Below, piece after piece: positions 39,041 to 42,134 of a DNA stretch of 42,134 nt (positions are counted from its first letter, which is position 1; each line of letters starts with the position of its first letter). The notes under the pieces were generated by a model that saw only the letters and a list, made by a program, of their open reading frames with translations, did not search any database and was not told the DNA's origin. A program made the position numbers and the translations under genes. The DNA is taken from the NCBI GenBank assembly GCA_017959385.1, contig JAGDAS010000020.1, forward strand, positions 1 to 42,134, given 5' to 3'. The stretch comes from Paludibacteraceae bacterium (GTDB taxonomy: Bacteria > Bacteroidota > Bacteroidia > Bacteroidales > Paludibacteraceae).

Positions 39041-39891
39041 TATTGGAAAAGAATGTAATGTTCGGGGTTCTGCGGCTGCATGCCGTTCCATAATTCGAAA
39101 TGCAGGCTGTGACCGCCCGTAGTCTCGGAAACACCGGCCATGCCGATCACCTCACCGGTATGCACCACGTCGCCGGTATGCTTGAACAAGCGGGAACAAC
39201 CCCGATATACGGAAAGGAATCCCTGTTTGTGCACCAGCAGCAGATAGTGCCCTTCGCCCGGACGGTAGCCTTCCATCATCACCACCCCGCCGAAAACAGC
39301 CGACACCGGCGCATTGTCGTCAGTGGCGATATCCACGCCGGGATGTTCGCTACTGAAAACCTCGGTAATAATGCCGACCACCGGTTTGAAGAACACCATG
39401 CCGGCCATAGCCGGATCGGAAGACTCCAGATCATACTGTTCATCGGCTTCGAAGAGCTCCACAAATTCCTTCTCCAGTTCCGACTTCTCCATAAACACCT
39501 CGGCACGCTTGCGGCTGATGATCGAATCGGAAGTCACCGTACTGTCCACGGCGATATCGCCCATCACCACCCCGCGCAAGGTATTGATATACTCCTGACG
39601 GAGCTGCACCTCCTGCACGAGAGAATCGACCCGGAGGGATTGCACGACCACCTCCCGTCGGAGCGAAGCGTCAACATTTTCCGGAAGGAGCTGGCGGAGC
39701 GGTGTTTCCGTCAGCAGCAGATAGAGCCCCACCGACACCAGCAGAAAACCCAACAGGAGTGCAACCACCATTCCCAAGGCGGAGACACGCAGGTGGTGCA
39801 CTTCCTCCAAGGTCCCCTCATTGAGCACCGACACCCGGTACTTGGCCCGGATGCGTTTGAAAAAACTGAGTTTGTTGCGAGCTGGTTTCAT
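39040..39891 (-). CDS. M23-family metallopeptidase with an N-terminal membrane anchor
   Basis: MKPARNKLSFFKRIRAKYRVSVLNEGTLEE..., one TM helix, then the catalytic motifs HPGVDIA and HLHFELW. The ORF-track start 39912 is TTG and covers the -7 box, so I used the first ATG at 39891. Confidence 0.88.
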   Translation of the reverse strand: MKPARNKLSFFKRIRAKYRVSVLNEGTLEEVHHLRVSALGMVVALLLGFLLVSVGLYLLLTETPLRQLLPENVDASLRREVVVQSLRVDSLVQEVQLRQEYINTLRGVVMGDIAVDSTVTSDSIISRKRAEVFMEKSELEKEFVELFEADEQYDLESSDPAMAGMVFFKPVVGIITEVFSSEHPGVDIATDDNAPVSAVFGGVVMMEGYRPGEGHYLLLVHKQGFLSVYRGCSRLFKHTGDVVHTGEVIGMAGVSETTGGHSLHFELWNGMQPQNPEHYILFQ

Positions 39892-39899
39892 GCTGGGTG

Positions 39900-39907
39900 C
39901 AAAAGTA
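39900..39907 (-). promoter_or_regulatory. Candidate -7 box TACTTTTG for the M23-dxr-rseP operon
   Basis: Exact TAnnTTTG match on the minus strand, 8 nt upstream of ATG 39891. It is divergent from the tRNA promoter. Confidence 0.4.
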
Positions 39908-39955
39908 CGCAAAGAATGTCAAAGGGGCAAGAATATTCATTTTTTTTCATTTATA

Positions 39956-39986
39956 TTTGTTTTTTCAGAAAATAGCCGTACCTTTG
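39956..39986 (+). promoter_or_regulatory. Candidate promoter of tRNA-fMet
   Basis: TTTG (39956-39959) - N19 - TACCTTTG (39979-39986). The mature tRNA 5' end lies 10 nt downstream. Confidence 0.55.
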
Positions 39987-39995
39987 CACCCGAAT

Positions 39996-40067
39996 CGCGG
40001 AGTGGAGCAGAGGTAGCTCGTTGGGCTCATAACCCAGAGGTCGTCCGTTCGAATCGGGCCTCCGCAA
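39996..40067 (+). tRNA. Initiator tRNA-fMet (anticodon CAT); CCA not encoded
   Basis: Hand-folded cloverleaf with acceptor CGCGGAG/CTCCGCA, where C1 opposes A72 (unpaired, the bacterial initiator hallmark). The D stem has A11:U24, the anticodon stem has three consecutive G-C pairs (GGG/CCC) flanking loop CTCATAA, and the T-loop is TTCGAAT. Confidence 0.93.
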
Positions 40068-40074
40068 CAAGTGA

Positions 40075-40100
40075 GCGGGATGATTTTCATCCCGCTTTTT
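40075..40100 (+). terminator. Intrinsic terminator after tRNA-fMet
   Basis: GCGGGATGA-TTT-TCATCCCGC is a perfect 9-bp stem, followed by TTTTTATTT. Confidence 0.8.
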
Positions 40101-40179
40101 ATTTCACTGATTCTCAATCAAATAACAACGCAACACTCAACTATCTGTCAGATTTTTTCACGCTTTCTCTTTTTTTTCC

Positions 40180-40187
40180 TATATTTG
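40180..40187 (+). promoter_or_regulatory. Candidate -7 box TATATTTG for the GH16 gene
   Basis: Exact TAnnTTTG match, 37 nt upstream of ATG 40225. Confidence 0.4.
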
Positions 40188-40224
40188 TACGCTTGAATGA
40201 GCGAAACCAAAATCAAATCAAAAT

Positions 40225-42134
40225 ATGAAAAAAAGAATTCTTACCTGTCTGGCCGCCTGTATGGCCACTGTCCCAATGTTCGCCGCCTATCAATTGGTAT
40301 GGTCGGACGAGTTCAACGGCACATCGCTCAATACCGATGTCTGGAATTACGAATTGGGCGTCGGCACCAATTGCGATGGTAACGGCAACTGGGAACGCCA
40401 GGAATATGTCAATGATGCCAACAACATTTACGTCAGCGACGGCAACCTTGTCATCAAAGCGACATACAACAACCACACGTATGTCAACGGCAACTGTTCG
40501 TACGGCGCCTATTGGAAATCGGGACGTATCAACACCAAGAACAAGGTGAAAGTGCGCTACGGCAAAATCGAGGCGCGCATCAAACTGCCTGCCATGTCGA
40601 CGGGCGTATTCCCCGCGTTCTGGATGCTGGGTTCCAATTACGACGGCGCCAACATGAACGGCGAAAGCAATGTGGGCTGGCCACGCTGCGGCGAAATTGA
40701 CATCATGGAACAGATGGGATCCAACTACTCCCAAGGAGGCCGGATCACCCCCACCACCTTGCACTGGTATGCCAACGGCAATGCCGATTACGGCGGCAGC
40801 CTGGATGTGTACGGCCGCTTTGGCACGATGCCTGCCAACGCTTATTTCATTTACGGTATCGAATGGACTCCCGACAACATTTCCGGCTATGTATGTGACG
40901 GCAACGGCAACAACTATACGGTTGTTCCCAATCGCAATGGGGGTACCGGCTACGGATGCCCGGATGCCATGAAGAAAGATTTCTTCCTGCTATTGAACCT
41001 GGCAATGGGCGGTACCGCCGTGGGCGAATATCCGGATCAATATTCCACGGCCACGCCTACCATGTATGTCGATTGGGTGCGCATCTACCAAGATGATTCC
41101 CGAAACGACAACTACCTGTCTGCTGAAGGTGGCGGCGATACCCCCGAGCCGGTAGTGGTTCCCGCCGCTCCCAACAAGAACGCCTCCCACACGCCCAGTG
41201 CCGATGTGTTTGTAAACGGCACGAACGCCAACATTACCAATGTGAATCCGAACTGGGCACAATCGGGTGCCGCCGCCATTGACAATACGGTCAATGCCAT
41301 TCATGTCACCAACATGAACTACCAAGGTTTGGAAACCAATGCGCTCAACGCCAGCACATACAACAAAATGCACATCGATGTGTTTGCACAAAACTCTGGT
41401 ACCATCCGTGTCAGCATCATCAACACGGCACAAGCCGGCGGCACGGGCGAAAGCGCCTACACCCTTTCGGTGACCGGCGGTTCTTGGAACCAATTGGATA
41501 TTCCGCTCACCAGTTTCACTGCCACGGTCAATGGCGGTGCGGTGTTGAACAACATCAACCAGTTCAAGTTTGACAATGCTTCGCTGACCGACTTCTATTA
41601 TGCCAACTTGTACTTCTACGACGCGGCAAACACGCAACCCGACACCGAGAAACCTTCGACGCCGGGCAACCTCACCGCCAATGCAGCCGCCAACAGCATC
41701 GGCCTGACCTGGACCGCTTCGACCGACAACATCGGGGTAACGGGATACAATATTTACGTGAACGGCACGAAGGTGGGCAGCAGCAACACCAACTCGTACA
41801 CCGTAACGGGATTGCAACCCGAAACCACCTACCAGATTGCCGTTGAGGCATACGATGCCGCCGGCAACACGTCCAACCGCGCAACACGCAACGTCACCAC
41901 GACCGAAGGATCGAGCATGCCTTGCCACAATACGTTCAGCACGATCACGGCTTCGCGCAACGTGGTGAACTATAACGGCAACTGGAACCAAATTAACGGA
42001 TTGCATACCGTGAACGGAAATTCGGTAACGGTGAATGTCGGCAATGCCAACTATGCGAACCTGTATGTCGTACTTTCGGGCGATGACCAAGCGCTGACAG
42101 CCGGCACCACGTATGTATTCACCGGCCGTCTGAC
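40225..42134 (+). CDS. Secreted multidomain glycoside hydrolase family 16 (laminarinase/beta-glucanase-like) protein, partial (runs off the right edge)
   Basis: Hand translation; it is absent from the ORF track because there is no stop in the window. It reads MKKRILTCLAACMATVPMFAAYQLVWSDEFNG...WKSGRINTK...GKIEARIKLP...FPAFWMLG...WPRCGEIDIMEQ...GIEWTPD...VDWVRIYQ, with the GH16 ExDxxE catalytic motif. A beta-sandwich CBM-like region follows, then an FN3 domain (PSTPGNLTANAAANSIGLTWTASTDNIGVTGYNIYVNG...YQIAVEAYDAAGN, about 41653-41905), then a further domain. Confidence 0.88.
   Translation, partial: MKKRILTCLAACMATVPMFAAYQLVWSDEFNGTSLNTDVWNYELGVGTNCDGNGNWERQEYVNDANNIYVSDGNLVIKATYNNHTYVNGNCSYGAYWKSGRINTKNKVKVRYGKIEARIKLPAMSTGVFPAFWMLGSNYDGANMNGESNVGWPRCGEIDIMEQMGSNYSQGGRITPTTLHWYANGNADYGGSLDVYGRFGTMPANAYFIYGIEWTPDNISGYVCDGNGNNYTVVPNRNGGTGYGCPDAMKKDFFLLLNLAMGGTAVGEYPDQYSTATPTMYVDWVRIYQDDSRNDNYLSAEGGGDTPEPVVVPAAPNKNASHTPSADVFVNGTNANITNVNPNWAQSGAAAIDNTVNAIHVTNMNYQGLETNALNASTYNKMHIDVFAQNSGTIRVSIINTAQAGGTGESAYTLSVTGGSWNQLDIPLTSFTATVNGGAVLNNINQFKFDNASLTDFYYANLYFYDAANTQPDTEKPSTPGNLTANAAANSIGLTWTASTDNIGVTGYNIYVNGTKVGSSNTNSYTVTGLQPETTYQIAVEAYDAAGNTSNRATRNVTTTEGSSMPCHNTFSTITASRNVVNYNGNWNQINGLHTVNGNSVTVNVGNANYANLYVVLSGDDQALTAGTTYVFTGRL

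Noticed and set aside
39913-40224. A possible integrated element at tRNA-fMet.
   Set aside because: There is no integrase, no direct repeat of the tRNA 3' end downstream within the window, and the flanking sequences contain ordinary promoter and terminator signals.
40213-42090. Minus-strand ORFs 40213..40764 (183 aa) and 40990..42090 (366 aa), the only long ORF-track entries at the right end.
   Set aside because: The real gene is the plus-strand GH16 ORF from ATG 40225. The track omits it because it has no stop inside the window. The minus-strand ORFs are its antisense shadows (V/G/R/A-rich, no motifs).

Overview
This window looks like a chromosomal core region of a Bacteroidota (Bacteroidales-like) genome. 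Supporting signs are Por/T9SS C-terminal sorting domains, no Shine-Dalgarno sequences, TAnnTTTG (-7) / TTTG (-33) promoter boxes in most intergenic gaps, and Bacteroidota-type gene order. Roughly 5.9-23.9 kb is one uninterrupted minus-strand array of 33 translation genes, running from rpsL-rpsG-fusA through the S10, spc and alpha blocks to rpoA-rplQ. rpmJ is too short for the ORF track and I translated it by hand. This array has one recognisable promoter upstream of rpsL and one strong terminator after rplQ. Left of it lie a partial sensor histidine kinase, rsgA, an Omp85-family outer membrane protein, frr and pyrH. Also there is a small accessory islet of three secreted or lipoprotein genes: a tiny T9SS cargo, a flavodoxin-like lipoprotein broken by one in-frame TAG, and a GH20 N-terminal-domain-only ORF. 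Right of the array are a DUF3467 gene and a divergent 7TM-HD (PgpH-like) gene. These are followed by a tightly packed plus-strand run (mlaE-mlaF-xth-small ORF-mutL-gltX-GHL10 hydrolase-T9SS esterase) ending in a bidirectional terminator. Next come a FISUMP-like lipoprotein gene, a 466-bp gene-free gap, the M23 peptidase-dxr-rseP operon, an initiator tRNA-fMet, and a multidomain GH16 glucanase gene that runs off the right edge. I found no CRISPR array, transposase, integrase, phage genes or recognisable defence system. The most interesting item is the 36.1-36.6 kb gap, which has a full-consensus promoter and two minus-strand terminator-like hairpins but no credible ORF, so it may be an orphan sRNA or an attenuator leader. 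The ORF track accepts TTG and GTG starts, so I trimmed several N-termini to the first ATG supported by homology or promoter position. The many long ORFs antisense to real genes are codon-bias shadows.
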